Source of the DNA: a virus
Lineage: Duplodnaviria; Caudoviricetes
IMG/VR virus record: IMGVR_UViG_3300005326_000040
Coordinates: 32,001-96,000 of that record
DNA: 64,000 nucleotides
Strand: one strand, 5' to 3'
Below, piece after piece: positions 38,354-46,067 of the stretch. Within the stretch, counting starts at the first letter, position 1. The number at the start of each line of letters is the position of its first letter. A model generated the notes under the pieces. The model searched no databases and was not told the origin of the DNA. It worked only from the letters and a program-made list of their open reading frames with translations. A program made the translations under genes and the position numbers.

Positions 38354-39055
38354 ATGTCGTTCGCCAAGTCGTTCGCCGCTCGCGTTCTCTCCGCTGCTTC
38401 CGCTCAGCAGACCGCTCCGGCTCCGCAGGTTGCTCCGGTTGCCCAGGCCGCTCCGGCAATTCCGGGAACCGCTGCTCCGGTCATCCCTGGAATGGCGCCT
38501 TCGGTTCCGGTGGCGCCCCAGGCCACCGTCACGCTGGAAGCCATCAGGGCGGTCGTTGCGTCGGCTTACCCGACGCTCAACGCCGGACAGCACGACGCCA
38601 TCACCACCAACATCGCTCGGCTGACCGGGTTGCCGGTCACCGGGGCTCCGCCGAAGAACCTCGGCGGCTACGCCGCCGCAGCGGCGTTCGTCCTCAAGTC
38701 CATCCCTGGCGGGCTGGAGTTGCTCCAGGCCCAGGAGAAGAAGGGGTTGGGAAAGCGCGTGACCGACTTCCACACGGGCGTCACCGTCTGGAAGCAGGCT
38801 GATGTGCTTCGCCACGATGCTGAGACTGGGCTGGTCGTGCAGGGAAAGGAAGGGAACGCCTATCGGTCGGTGACCTTCACCGATGGCAGGGACAAGTCTG
38901 GGCAAACGCTGCGCAAGGCTCTCGTGAGTGCCCTGGCTCCCAAGGGAGCCGTCGAGACGTTGTTGGCGGCTCTGTGCCTCGCCCGGTCGTTTGGCATCAC
39001 CGATGAGATGATCCAGGAACTCGTCACCCGCAGCGCCGCCATCATGTCCAAGTAG
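38354..39055 (+). CDS. Hypothetical protein, first rightward gene (A/P-rich N-terminal linker)
   Basis: GGAG RBS then MSFAKSF. High-GC codon usage. Confidence 0.8.
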   Translation: MSFAKSFAARVLSAASAQQTAPAPQVAPVAQAAPAIPGTAAPVIPGMAPSVPVAPQATVTLEAIRAVVASAYPTLNAGQHDAITTNIARLTGLPVTGAPPKNLGGYAAAAAFVLKSIPGGLELLQAQEKKGLGKRVTDFHTGVTVWKQADVLRHDAETGLVVQGKEGNAYRSVTFTDGRDKSGQTLRKALVSALAPKGAVETLLAALCLARSFGITDEMIQELVTRSAAIMSK

Positions 39056-39080
39056 TTCCCTTCTACGTACCCACCTATTC

Positions 39081-39136
39081 GCCCCTGGTACTGACCCTCA
39101 AAGGGTTGGTGCCAGGGGCACCCTTTTACCCGTTAA
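39081..39136 (+). repeat. Intergenic hairpin repeat H0
   Basis: GCCCCTGGTACTGACCCT-CAA-AGGGTTGGTGCCAGGGGC, followed by ...GTTAA. Confidence 0.75.
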
Positions 39137-39255
39137 AGCCCCTGTAGTTCAAGGGGTTTTAACCACTACCCCTGCGGGGGATTGGAGGGACGACTCAAGG
39201 TGAGTCATGCTCCCTCATTGGGATTCAATAGGGTGTAAACCCGCAGGAGATTACC

Positions 39256-39903
39256 ATGAATAGTTCGATTACCCGCAAGGCTTTCATCGCGATGCTCAAT
39301 ACGTTCGTTCGTCAGATGGAAGGCGTCATTGACGCCTGGAACGCCATTGAACGGATGAACCATATCTGCGCCGACGTTGAGGCGCAGATCTTCAGCAACA
39401 ATAGTGACCGCTACCACGACGGTAGCGTGACCACAACTGATTACAACATCCTTCTGCGAGGGCAGAAGGTGGGGTACGTTCGGGTGCGGGAAACTCACGA
39501 ATATCGGGAGGAAAGGGAGGTCTTTGTCTCCTTCACCGAGCTTTCCCCTCGCGAATGGCGGGAGCGGAAGGCTTCACAGCGGGCTGCGGCCCGCCGTCAT
39601 CAGGAGGCGTACGACGCCTCCCGTGAAGTCGTCGCTGCCGCCCTGGCGGCGGGGCAGTCCGTCCGTGTCCAAGATGGACAGAAAGGGGGGGTTTTCGTGA
39701 TTGGCGACCACAGGGTCGCCGCTGTGCGGCTTCTCACCTCGGCGTATTTCGGTTTCTCTGAGGAAGAGGCGAATCGTCGCCTCGGGGAGGCTTGGTACAA
39801 GGGTAGTGACAGTTGGGGGGGATTCACATTCACCCTCAACCCCGAGTTGGCACATCGCCAGTTCGGTCGTCCTACCAGCATCGAATGGGAGATGACGGCC
39901 TGA
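39256..39903 (+). CDS. Hypothetical protein
   Basis: 215 aa, AGGAG RBS. Confidence 0.8.
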   Translation: MNSSITRKAFIAMLNTFVRQMEGVIDAWNAIERMNHICADVEAQIFSNNSDRYHDGSVTTTDYNILLRGQKVGYVRVRETHEYREEREVFVSFTELSPREWRERKASQRAAARRHQEAYDASREVVAAALAAGQSVRVQDGQKGGVFVIGDHRVAAVRLLTSAYFGFSEEEANRRLGEAWYKGSDSWGGFTFTLNPELAHRQFGRPTSIEWEMTA

Positions 39904-39919
39904 GGGCCTCTTTCCCAGT

Positions 39920-39980
39920 CGCCGATGTTTGCCCCTTTCTCAGCCTTCGGCTGGGGGAGGGGCGTTCTTTCGGCGGTTAA
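39920..39980 (+). repeat. Intergenic hairpin repeat H1
   Basis: CGCCGA-TGTTT-GCCCC-stem/loop-GGGGC-GTTCT-TTCGGCG-GTTAA, with G.U pairs in the upper stem. Confidence 0.92.
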
Positions 39981-40097
39981 AAGCAACCGCCTCTGAGGGG
40001 CGGTATACAAGTACCCTGACGTGAACGAAGGCTTTCCCTACCTTTGGTGAATACCCTATGGGGTAAAGGGGAGACGGTAACATTATCCCACCGACAA

Positions 40098-40173
40098 GCG
40101 GATATGTAGCACAATGTGGAACCTAATGAGTTATTGGCATTAGGGATGGGTTCGATTCCCATATGTGCTGCCG
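40098..40173 (+). ncRNA. Degenerate tRNA-like element
   Basis: T arm ATGGG-TTCGATT-CCCAT, 7-bp stem CCTAATG/CATTAGG with a 9-nt loop, imperfect acceptor stem and D arm. Confidence 0.55.
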
Positions 40174-40257
40174 AGTGAAGATAATTCTTTCATTCGATTG
40201 TGGAGCATTCACAAGTAACAGGGTGTGAGTGGATTGAATCTCCAATCCAACTCTAAC

Positions 40258-40363
40258 TGGGTTTAGCTCAAGGGTAGAGCAACTTATGTTTCAAGGTCCT
40301 TCCTAACCAGCGGGACACCGAAACATAGGGATATATCGAGTTCAAGTCTCGATAGCCCAGCCA
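40258..40363 (+). ncRNA. tRNA-like RNA with greatly extended anticodon arm
   Basis: D arm GCTC-AAGGGTA-GAGC, 10-bp stem CTTATGTTTC/GAAACATAGG enclosing a GTCC/GGAC hairpin, T arm ATCGAG-TTCAAGT-CTCGAT, 3' AGCCCA-G-CCA. Confidence 0.75.
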
Positions 40364-40479
40364 AGTTAGTTGTCCTTTTCCTCTTCGGGGGATTAGCCCA
40401 TAGGGACGTGGGCACACCAGCCGTTATGTGGACGGTTGGAATGATTGTTGGGGTAATCCCCGTTGAAGGAGAATGAATC

Positions 40480-40755
40480 ATGGCACGTCGTAATGCTGCT
40501 CGTCGGGCTCGCAATTCAAAGAGGTCTGCCCTCGTGACTGCCGCTATTCAGATGGCTTGCAATGCGGGCTCCGGGCTTCAACTCTTCGTCGGAGCCTCCG
40601 TCGAGGAGTGTGAGCATGATTACGCGAAGAGCCTCGGTGCGGAAGCTGCAAGGCTCCGCTCGGGGCTCTTGGGATACGGGCTCAATATGGCGGCATTCCG
40701 CCATGAACCGCCCGTCGTTCAAGACTACGTGAGGAACTACATCCTCCTCGCATAG
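40480..40755 (+). CDS. Hypothetical protein
   Basis: 91 aa, AAGGAG RBS, stop directly before H2. Confidence 0.75.
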   Translation: MARRNAARRARNSKRSALVTAAIQMACNAGSGLQLFVGASVEECEHDYAKSLGAEAARLRSGLLGYGLNMAAFRHEPPVVQDYVRNYILLA

Positions 40756-40760
40756 TTTTG

Positions 40761-40823
40761 CCGCCGACGTTTGCCCCTGTATCGGCCTTCGGGCCGGTAT
40801 GGGGGCGTTCTTTCGGCGGTTAA
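40761..40823 (+). repeat. Intergenic hairpin repeat H2
   Basis: Consensus arms with a cUUCGg tetraloop. Confidence 0.92.
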
Positions 40824-40867
40824 CAAGCTCCAGTGGGGTAACCAGTCCCCCATGAAAGGATATTACC

Positions 40868-41086
40868 ATGTACAAGTCCAATTCATTCGGCTCTCTCGGC
40901 GCGTCCCTTGGCGTGGCGAAGGTGCGGGAGCTTTCCCGCGCACTTCATGTCGCCGACTCCCGCCGTGAGGCGGCGAATGTGCAGAAGCTCATCGAGGCGA
41001 AAGCCTCTGAGATGCGTCGTTCGCTGAAGAATCCCGAGAGCTATGCTCTCGTGATCAATGCCCTCAAGAAGGAGGGCAAGCTGTAG
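40868..41086 (+). CDS. Hypothetical protein
   Basis: 72 aa, AAAGGA RBS. Confidence 0.75.
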   Translation: MYKSNSFGSLGASLGVAKVRELSRALHVADSRREAANVQKLIEAKASEMRRSLKNPESYALVINALKKEGKL

Positions 41087-41095
41087 AGCGGGATT

Positions 41096-41158
41096 CCGCC
41101 GATGTTTGCCCCTGCTTTGGCCTTCGGGCCATTGTGGGGGCGTTCTTTCGGCGGTTAA
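41096..41158 (+). repeat. Intergenic hairpin repeat H3
   Basis: Consensus arms, UUCG loop, abuts the AGGAGG RBS. Confidence 0.92.
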
Positions 41159-41170
41159 AGGAGGCGCAAT

Positions 41171-41458
41171 ATGAGTGCGCTCGAACGCAAGAAGGCCGCG
41201 AAGCTGGAAGCGCGGCGAAAGAAGTGTATTCTCTACGAGACAGCCAAGAAGGTTGTCTATAGCGCTGGCACTAAACAGGTGTCAGCAATGGTAAGCCGTC
41301 CGATGGCTTGCCCTCACTCGGACTTCACATACGACTTGTGGGAAGTCGTTGTTTTCAACAGCGACAATTCCACCTGTCGTGCCAGTTGCTATCTTCCAAA
41401 GGAGGAGGCTCTTGCTCTTGCTCGTAATTGGGCAATTGAGTTTGGAGCCATTCTTTGA
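41171..41458 (+). CDS. Hypothetical protein
   Basis: 95 aa. Confidence 0.75.
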   Translation: MSALERKKAAKLEARRKKCILYETAKKVVYSAGTKQVSAMVSRPMACPHSDFTYDLWEVVVFNSDNSTCRASCYLPKEEALALARNWAIEFGAIL

Positions 41459-41461
41459 TAC

Positions 41462-41524
41462 CCGCCGATGTTCGCCCCTTTCTCAGCCATTCTGGCTGGG
41501 GGAGGGGCCTTCTATCGGCGGTTA
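41462..41524 (+). repeat. Intergenic hairpin repeat H4
   Basis: Consensus arms. Upper stem nearly identical to H1. Confidence 0.92.
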
Positions 41525-41528
41525 AGAA

Positions 41529-41666
41529 TGCCAGATATCGTCCCCACTTCCTTTTCCCGCAAGGATTAGGGGGTCAAGTTGAAGAAGGACAAACCGGGAT
41601 GAACAATCCTGGAGGGACGGAGAGCTTTCGAGTTCTCAGGTGGTTCAATTCCATCATCTGGCACCA
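41529..41666 (+). ncRNA. Expanded tRNA-like RNA (138 nt)
   Basis: Acceptor GCCAGAT/ATCTGGC-A-CCA, T arm GGTGG-TTCAATT-CCATC, variable-arm hairpin GAGAGCT-TTCG-AGTTCTC, GTCCC/GGGAC long-range stem. Confidence 0.75.
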
Positions 41667-41762
41667 AAGCAAGTGTGTATCTTTAGGAGTTTGGGATTGT
41701 TTTTGCTCCGGAGTTCGGGAGCAAAGCATAATCATTCTCCTAAAGAACACAAAGGAGGAGAG

Positions 41763-41999
41763 ATGCTGACGAAAACGAATGCAAGAAGGTTGGTGGAGAT
41801 TGTTGCGCAGATAAAAGACTTGTCTGCCAAGAACGGCATGATCGATCAACGCCACGAAGATGTGGCGAAGATTCTGGGGACGTATAAGGAGGATGAATAT
41901 CCTTCTGAAGAAGACCCCGAGTGGCGCAAGAACAACGACGAGATTGGCAATCTCTACAACGAGCTTCTGTCCATCATCAACACAAGTCTCCCCCTGTAG
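41763..41999 (+). CDS. Hypothetical protein
   Basis: 78 aa, AGGAGG RBS. Confidence 0.75.
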   Translation: MLTKTNARRLVEIVAQIKDLSAKNGMIDQRHEDVAKILGTYKEDEYPSEEDPEWRKNNDEIGNLYNELLSIINTSLPL

Positions 42000-42005
42000 A
42001 GACTT

Positions 42006-42067
42006 CCGCCGATTACCCGCCCCTTTTCAGCCTTCGGGCTGAGGAGGGGCGCCCTTTCGGCGGTTAA
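42006..42067 (+). repeat. Intergenic hairpin repeat H5
   Basis: Consensus arms, UUCG loop. Confidence 0.92.
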
Positions 42068-42109
42068 AAGCTACACCCTATCCCAAGTATGTTCTCGTTC
42101 TCTCCATTA

Positions 42110-42118
42110 TGGTATGGT
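42110..42118 (+). promoter_or_regulatory. Second extended -10 promoter-like element
   Basis: TGnTATGGT followed by a leader similar to the one at 38060. Confidence 0.45.
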
Positions 42119-42343
42119 TTTCAGTAGGGGGTAAAACATAAACCCCTTCTGGAAACTCTACCTCAACAATTCCCGATGTTTCTTTGTGTAGGGTTGTTGC
42201 CTACACGAGAGATAAAAGGATAGTTGATAGTATGACCCCCACCAAAGGGTCATTTATTAATGGGTAGAGGGTGAGAACAAACCTGGAGTGGAATTATCGA
42301 ATCGCCTGATAGGCGGCCTGGGGGCGGAACAACAACTCGGAGA

Positions 42344-42886
42344 ATGATCATGAAGACGACTTCCAAGATGAACGCGCTTCTGAATGCGGCCTGTGACCAT
42401 GCGAAGGCGCGTGGTCGTTTCCCCATGTACTTGGACCCGGTTAGGTTCGAGTTTGACGGGGACAGTGACTGTTACTTCGCCGCAAGAGCGAGGGACTTCA
42501 CGTTCTCCAAAGGGGCCGCAGCGATCATTGGTGCCGACATGATCGTCACCATGTTCGCGGGGGAGGAGCAGTGGGGAATGTTCTTCTCTACTCGTGAGTT
42601 GCTTGACCCCGAAACGCTCAAGTGGCTCAAGGATTCCGACCACTTGTTGGAAGACGAGTGGAAAGCAGCGGAGTCCTTGGCGAAGAAGGCCGAGCAACTC
42701 GCCTCTCAGGCGCGAGTTTCGGCCTTGAAGGCTCGTGAAGCGAGCCTCAGTGCCAACGACTTCCAGGTGGTCATGGTGGAGATTGAGCGAAAGCCCATCT
42801 TCGCCGCGCTGCCTGAGACAGTGGAAGTTCATCCCGTCTTCAGTCAGATCAACCGAGAGGTTGATTTCGATTGCAACTGGGATTGA
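42344..42886 (+). CDS. Hypothetical protein
   Basis: 180 aa, GGAG RBS. Confidence 0.8.
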   Translation: MIMKTTSKMNALLNAACDHAKARGRFPMYLDPVRFEFDGDSDCYFAARARDFTFSKGAAAIIGADMIVTMFAGEEQWGMFFSTRELLDPETLKWLKDSDHLLEDEWKAAESLAKKAEQLASQARVSALKAREASLSANDFQVVMVEIERKPIFAALPETVEVHPVFSQINREVDFDCNWD

Positions 42887-42896
42887 ACCTGTTTCT

Positions 42897-42961
42897 CCGC
42901 CGATTGTTTGCCCCTGCTTTCGCCTTTCGAGGCGATTGAGGGGCATTCTTTCGGCGGTTAA
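42897..42961 (+). repeat. Intergenic hairpin repeat H6
   Basis: Consensus arms, UUCG loop. Confidence 0.92.
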
Positions 42962-42983
42962 CAAGCAACCACTGGAGGCTGCT

Positions 42984-43232
42984 ATGAAGAAGCTGTGGTT
43001 TTGGGTGCATAGTGCGCCCACGGGGTTCGTCAAGGATGCTGATCGTCATGTTGTTGTGATGGCGATTGCTACCGAGGACGAGATTTATGGCCCTGGTATC
43101 GGTCTCGACAACTGGCACGAGACTGGTATCGAGGGCACTCTTGATGGTTGCCTCGCGACCCTCAAGAAGAATCATCCATGCGTCAACATGGAGACAATCC
43201 TCGGCGGCTGTTTGGGTTACGCCGTCGAATAA
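42984..43232 (+). CDS. Hypothetical protein
   Basis: 82 aa, GGAGG RBS. Confidence 0.75.
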   Translation: MKKLWFWVHSAPTGFVKDADRHVVVMAIATEDEIYGPGIGLDNWHETGIEGTLDGCLATLKKNHPCVNMETILGGCLGYAVE

Positions 43233-43540
43233 TAGTGGCTGATAAGTTGCTATCAAGAAAGGGCAGGAACGTATAGGAGTAACAATCCTAGTTCGAGTCT
43301 CCCCATAGGAAAGATAGGGCAAAGCCCACGTTGGACAATCTTTCCGCAGGTTTAGGCGAGCCAACCTATGGATGACTATAAACGGTTATAAGGCTCAGGG
43401 TCCAATGTTACTAGGTTAGGAAGGAGACCCAATGTAACGATAGCGGGTCTGGAGACAACTGAATAGCCCACCCTTCGGCAAGGTGGGCAATCTTAAGGGT
43501 ATGACTATTATGGTTGTATCCTTAAGATTGCCCAATTAGC
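43233..43540 (+). ncRNA. Candidate ~300-nt multi-stem ncRNA
   Basis: ORF-free on the + strand. Stems CCATAGG/CCTATGG, GGAAAGAT/ATCTTTCC, AGTAACA/TGTTACT, AGACCC/GGGTCT, and a 22-bp terminal hairpin. Confidence 0.55.
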
Positions 43541-43568
43541 CCCAACATATACCTGAGAGGAAAGAGTC

Positions 43569-43925
43569 ATGATCAAGGTGTGTTTCAACGAAGTGCCTGC
43601 CAATGTGGCGCAGTTCGTGGCGAAGAACATCCAGTCGGCGCAAATCGTGCGAGCGGCACGACCGGCGCCGATTGCGGCAGGAATGAAGCATTCGCCCAAT
43701 GTCATTGGAGGACGCCGTTACGGCAAGTACTCCAGGGGCGATAAGAACCGTAACCTCCGTAAGTCGGTGACGACCTATGGAGGACACACCTTCAAAGAGT
43801 TGATGGTGTTGATGGGCAACTCCGTGCCGATCAGCCAACTTCTCGCCATGAAGGAGACGAGGGAGTATTACGTCGGTGTTCGTCACGAATCGTGGAAGAA
43901 GTTCCGCGACCATCAGTGGAGGTAG
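43569..43925 (+). CDS. Hypothetical basic protein
   Basis: 118 aa, GAGG RBS. Confidence 0.75.
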   Translation: MIKVCFNEVPANVAQFVAKNIQSAQIVRAARPAPIAAGMKHSPNVIGGRRYGKYSRGDKNRNLRKSVTTYGGHTFKELMVLMGNSVPISQLLAMKETREYYVGVRHESWKKFRDHQWR

Positions 43926-43929
43926 TTCG

Positions 43930-44106
43930 ATGGAAAGGTATCAGTGGGAAGCCTTGGCGGAGACGTTGTTGATGCTCTCTCGTGCTCAGACCATGAGCGG
44001 TTTGAATTACGAACGGGTTCGACAGTTCGTCCGTGGAGAGAGGCCGCTGTCGCGGCGAATTCGCCGGTCGATCAACATCCTCTCCAGAACCGTATTCGAT
44101 AAGTAG
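43930..44106 (+). CDS. Hypothetical protein (possible small DNA-binding)
   Basis: 58 aa, Arg-rich, stop directly before H7. Confidence 0.6.
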   Translation: MERYQWEALAETLLMLSRAQTMSGLNYERVRQFVRGERPLSRRIRRSINILSRTVFDK

Positions 44107-44167
44107 TTCTGTTCGCCCCTGCTTTGGCCCTTCGGGGCCATTGTGGGGGCGATTCATTGGCAGTTAA
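44107..44167 (+). repeat. Intergenic hairpin repeat H7
   Basis: Upper stem nearly identical to H3. Lower stem diverged, TTAA retained. Confidence 0.85.
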
Positions 44168-44178
44168 GGAGAGGTCCA

Positions 44179-44346
44179 ATGGAGAAGCTTCTTCAAGTGA
44201 TGAGGTCGAGGAAGTGCTCCTATACGGAGTACATTGAATTGAGGCTCGCCGTATTGGCCGACATCGGCAAGGGCGGCGACGAACTGGTAGCAAAAATCTT
44301 TCGGGGGTTGGGGATTCCGATTCCTGTGGACCCTCGTTACAACTAG
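44179..44346 (+). CDS. Hypothetical protein
   Basis: 55 aa, AGGAG RBS. Confidence 0.65.
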   Translation: MEKLLQVMRSRKCSYTEYIELRLAVLADIGKGGDELVAKIFRGLGIPIPVDPRYN

Positions 44347-44378
44347 GGTTCCTTCTCGCCGAAAGAAAGGAACACGTC

Positions 44379-44678
44379 ATGCTCTTTGAAGTGCGACCGC
44401 CGAATTCAATGAAGAACGTCATGGTGACGTTTGAATCGAGTACTCGGCGGGAAACAGCTGCCGCAAATGCTGCTGTTGAATCAGTTCTCAAAGATGAGGA
44501 CTTGCAGCCTTTTCATCAGATGGGCTGTGACCCTTTCTACGGGAACGACGCTCCCGGCATTCATGGTTGGGAAATCTGGGTTGACGGGGAGAACATTGCG
44601 CGGGTGGCGGCGCTTCTTCCAAAGATCCAGACCATCTACGAGAAGGAGTATATCCTTCGGGACTGGATGGAGGATTGA
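44379..44678 (+). CDS. Hypothetical protein
   Basis: 99 aa, AAAGGA RBS. Confidence 0.7.
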   Translation: MLFEVRPPNSMKNVMVTFESSTRRETAAANAAVESVLKDEDLQPFHQMGCDPFYGNDAPGIHGWEIWVDGENIARVAALLPKIQTIYEKEYILRDWMED

Positions 44679-44681
44679 ATT

Positions 44682-44710
44682 GGCAGGTTCGATTCCTATC
44701 CGTTCGGCCA
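44682..44710 (+). other. Isolated tRNA 3' half
   Basis: GCAGG-TTCGATT-CCTAT-CCGTTCG-G-CCA directly after a stop codon and before an RBS. No matching 5' half seen. Confidence 0.65.
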
Positions 44711-44726
44711 AGGAAGGAGATGAATC

Positions 44727-45038
44727 ATGAAGGTTCGTATGATGATTCTGGTTGATGGACAGTATCGTTGGGTCGATAGCAAATTCAAAAGCAGCTTGGA
44801 AGCTGCTCAGGAGGTGAGTATTCCCTATATCGCTGGTGCATCTCGTGGTGAGGAGGGGTGCATCGAAGTCACTGGCAACAAGGTGACTTTCGTCGGCTAT
44901 CCCGTCAACGTTCTTATCAGTGAGGATGAGAACCCGATCACCATGGTCATGTCTGTGAGGGAGCAGAACATGGTCAAGGAGTCGTATCCTTGCACGCCCG
45001 AAGAAGTCAACGAGATGAGGGCCGCCAACAAGGAATAA
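44727..45038 (+). CDS. Hypothetical protein, paralog of 54215-54526
   Basis: Shared WVDS and GEEGCIEV motifs. Confidence 0.8.
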   Translation: MKVRMMILVDGQYRWVDSKFKSSLEAAQEVSIPYIAGASRGEEGCIEVTGNKVTFVGYPVNVLISEDENPITMVMSVREQNMVKESYPCTPEEVNEMRAANKE

Positions 45039-45042
45039 CCGT

Positions 45043-45204
45043 ATGGAGCAATACGTTCACGACTTCGGCATCATCTGGCAAGTGATGTGTAAGACCTACA
45101 TTGCCCACATTCTTTTTGTGTGGGTGATGGTGGTGTTCACAGTTGAGAAGTGGCAGGAGTATCAGGAGGCCAGGGTGATGGTTCTCCGAAAGCTCCATAA
45201 GTAA
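45043..45204 (+). CDS. Small membrane protein
   Basis: 53-aa ORF read by eye (MEQYVHDFGIIWQ...), one hydrophobic segment. Confidence 0.5.
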   Translation: MEQYVHDFGIIWQVMCKTYIAHILFVWVMVVFTVEKWQEYQEARVMVLRKLHK

Positions 45205-45217
45205 GGGAGAAGAGAGA

Positions 45218-45520
45218 ATGAAGAAGGTTGTGTTCGCATTCATCCTCGCCGCTATCGTTAGTGGTTGTGCCAAACCGGAGCCGAAGGTTCCTGTTGTTTC
45301 CCAGCAGCCCCAAGTGGCGCGGGTCATCTATACCGAGAAGGATTCTCCTCTCGACTATACAATCCGCGCCGAACAGGCTGTGATCGAAGGGGGTAGGACG
45401 GCGAAGCAGGCTGCCAGTCAGGCATATGATTGGGCAGCAAAGGAAGCGGAGGAGTTGGCCGACAAGGCGCGACGCGCCAAGAAGGCGGCCAAGGAAAAGA
45501 TTCACGAGATGACGGAGTGA
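45218..45520 (+). CDS. Lipoprotein
   Basis: MKKVVFAFILAAIVSGC lipobox. Confidence 0.8.
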   Translation: MKKVVFAFILAAIVSGCAKPEPKVPVVSQQPQVARVIYTEKDSPLDYTIRAEQAVIEGGRTAKQAASQAYDWAAKEAEELADKARRAKKAAKEKIHEMTE

Positions 45521-45536
45521 CGTAGTGACGTAGTGG

Positions 45537-45597
45537 ATGGTGTTCGCCCGTTATTCGGCTATAGAGCCGGGTGACGGGCGATGCTGTTTTCTTTTAA
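45537..45597 (+). repeat. Intergenic hairpin repeat H8 (subfamily B)
   Basis: About 23-bp stem with an ATAG loop and many G.U pairs. 61/62 nt identical to H10. Confidence 0.9.
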
Positions 45598-45624
45598 CGA
45601 GAGCCTTTCCCAAGGAGAAGTAAG

Positions 45625-45801
45625 ATGAGCAAGAACGAACTGATCGCGTTGGGGCTGGAAGCGCATGAAGTCGATTACATCGCCGAAGCGGTCGCCAAGA
45701 ATGGCGAAGTACTCGGCGACATCGTGCATGTGGACTTCTGCGTCAGCCCCAGGAGCGTTGGCGTGGAAACGGTGAATGAGGCGTACGACCTGGGACTGTG
45801 A
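45625..45801 (+). CDS. Hypothetical protein
   Basis: 58-aa ORF read by eye (MSKNELIALG...), AAGGAG RBS. Confidence 0.7.
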   Translation: MSKNELIALGLEAHEVDYIAEAVAKNGEVLGDIVHVDFCVSPRSVGVETVNEAYDLGL

Positions 45802-46067
45802 GGTTCGTCATGGGGTTAAATGAAGTCATCAATGGGCTGAAGCAGGGCAAGTCCTTCGAAAGGGCAGGGACGAGCACTGGTGGTGGGAAATATGTGGAAA
45901 AACTGATTGCTGTGAGTGCAATCTACTTCAAGCATCAGATCGTTGGCGCCATGAGTGGTCATGGTTGGGGAGGGTCGAGCCAGTTGGAGATCAATATCCT
46001 CAACAACGGTCGCTGGGACGAAGATGGATGGAAGGAGATTGCACCAGCCAGAGGTGAACAGTCATAA
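45798..46067 (+). CDS. Hypothetical protein
   Basis: 89 aa. Confidence 0.65.
   Translation: MRFVMGLNEVINGLKQGKSFERAGTSTGGGKYVEKLIAVSAIYFKHQIVGAMSGHGWGGSSQLEINILNNGRWDEDGWKEIAPARGEQS

Noticed and set aside
40258-40363. Amber suppressor tRNA (CTA in the loop) or TAG recoding
   Set aside because: CTA is not centred in a 7-nt loop, TAG serves as the stop for many genes directly before hairpins, and long ORFs are intact under code 11.
41529-41666. tmRNA or tRNA-Sec
   Set aside because: No G3.U70 pair, no tag reading frame, too short for tmRNA, and no TCA anticodon arm.
43233-43540. Group I/II intron or hammerhead ribozyme
   Set aside because: A GACTA is present but has no matching TAGTC P7 partner. 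No domain V or CUGANGA/GAAA core was found, and it does not interrupt a gene.
39920-44167. Ordinary rho-independent terminators
   Set aside because: Subfamily A has no U-tract after the stem and keeps a sequence-conserved internal loop. Subfamily B does have U-runs, so termination is not excluded there.
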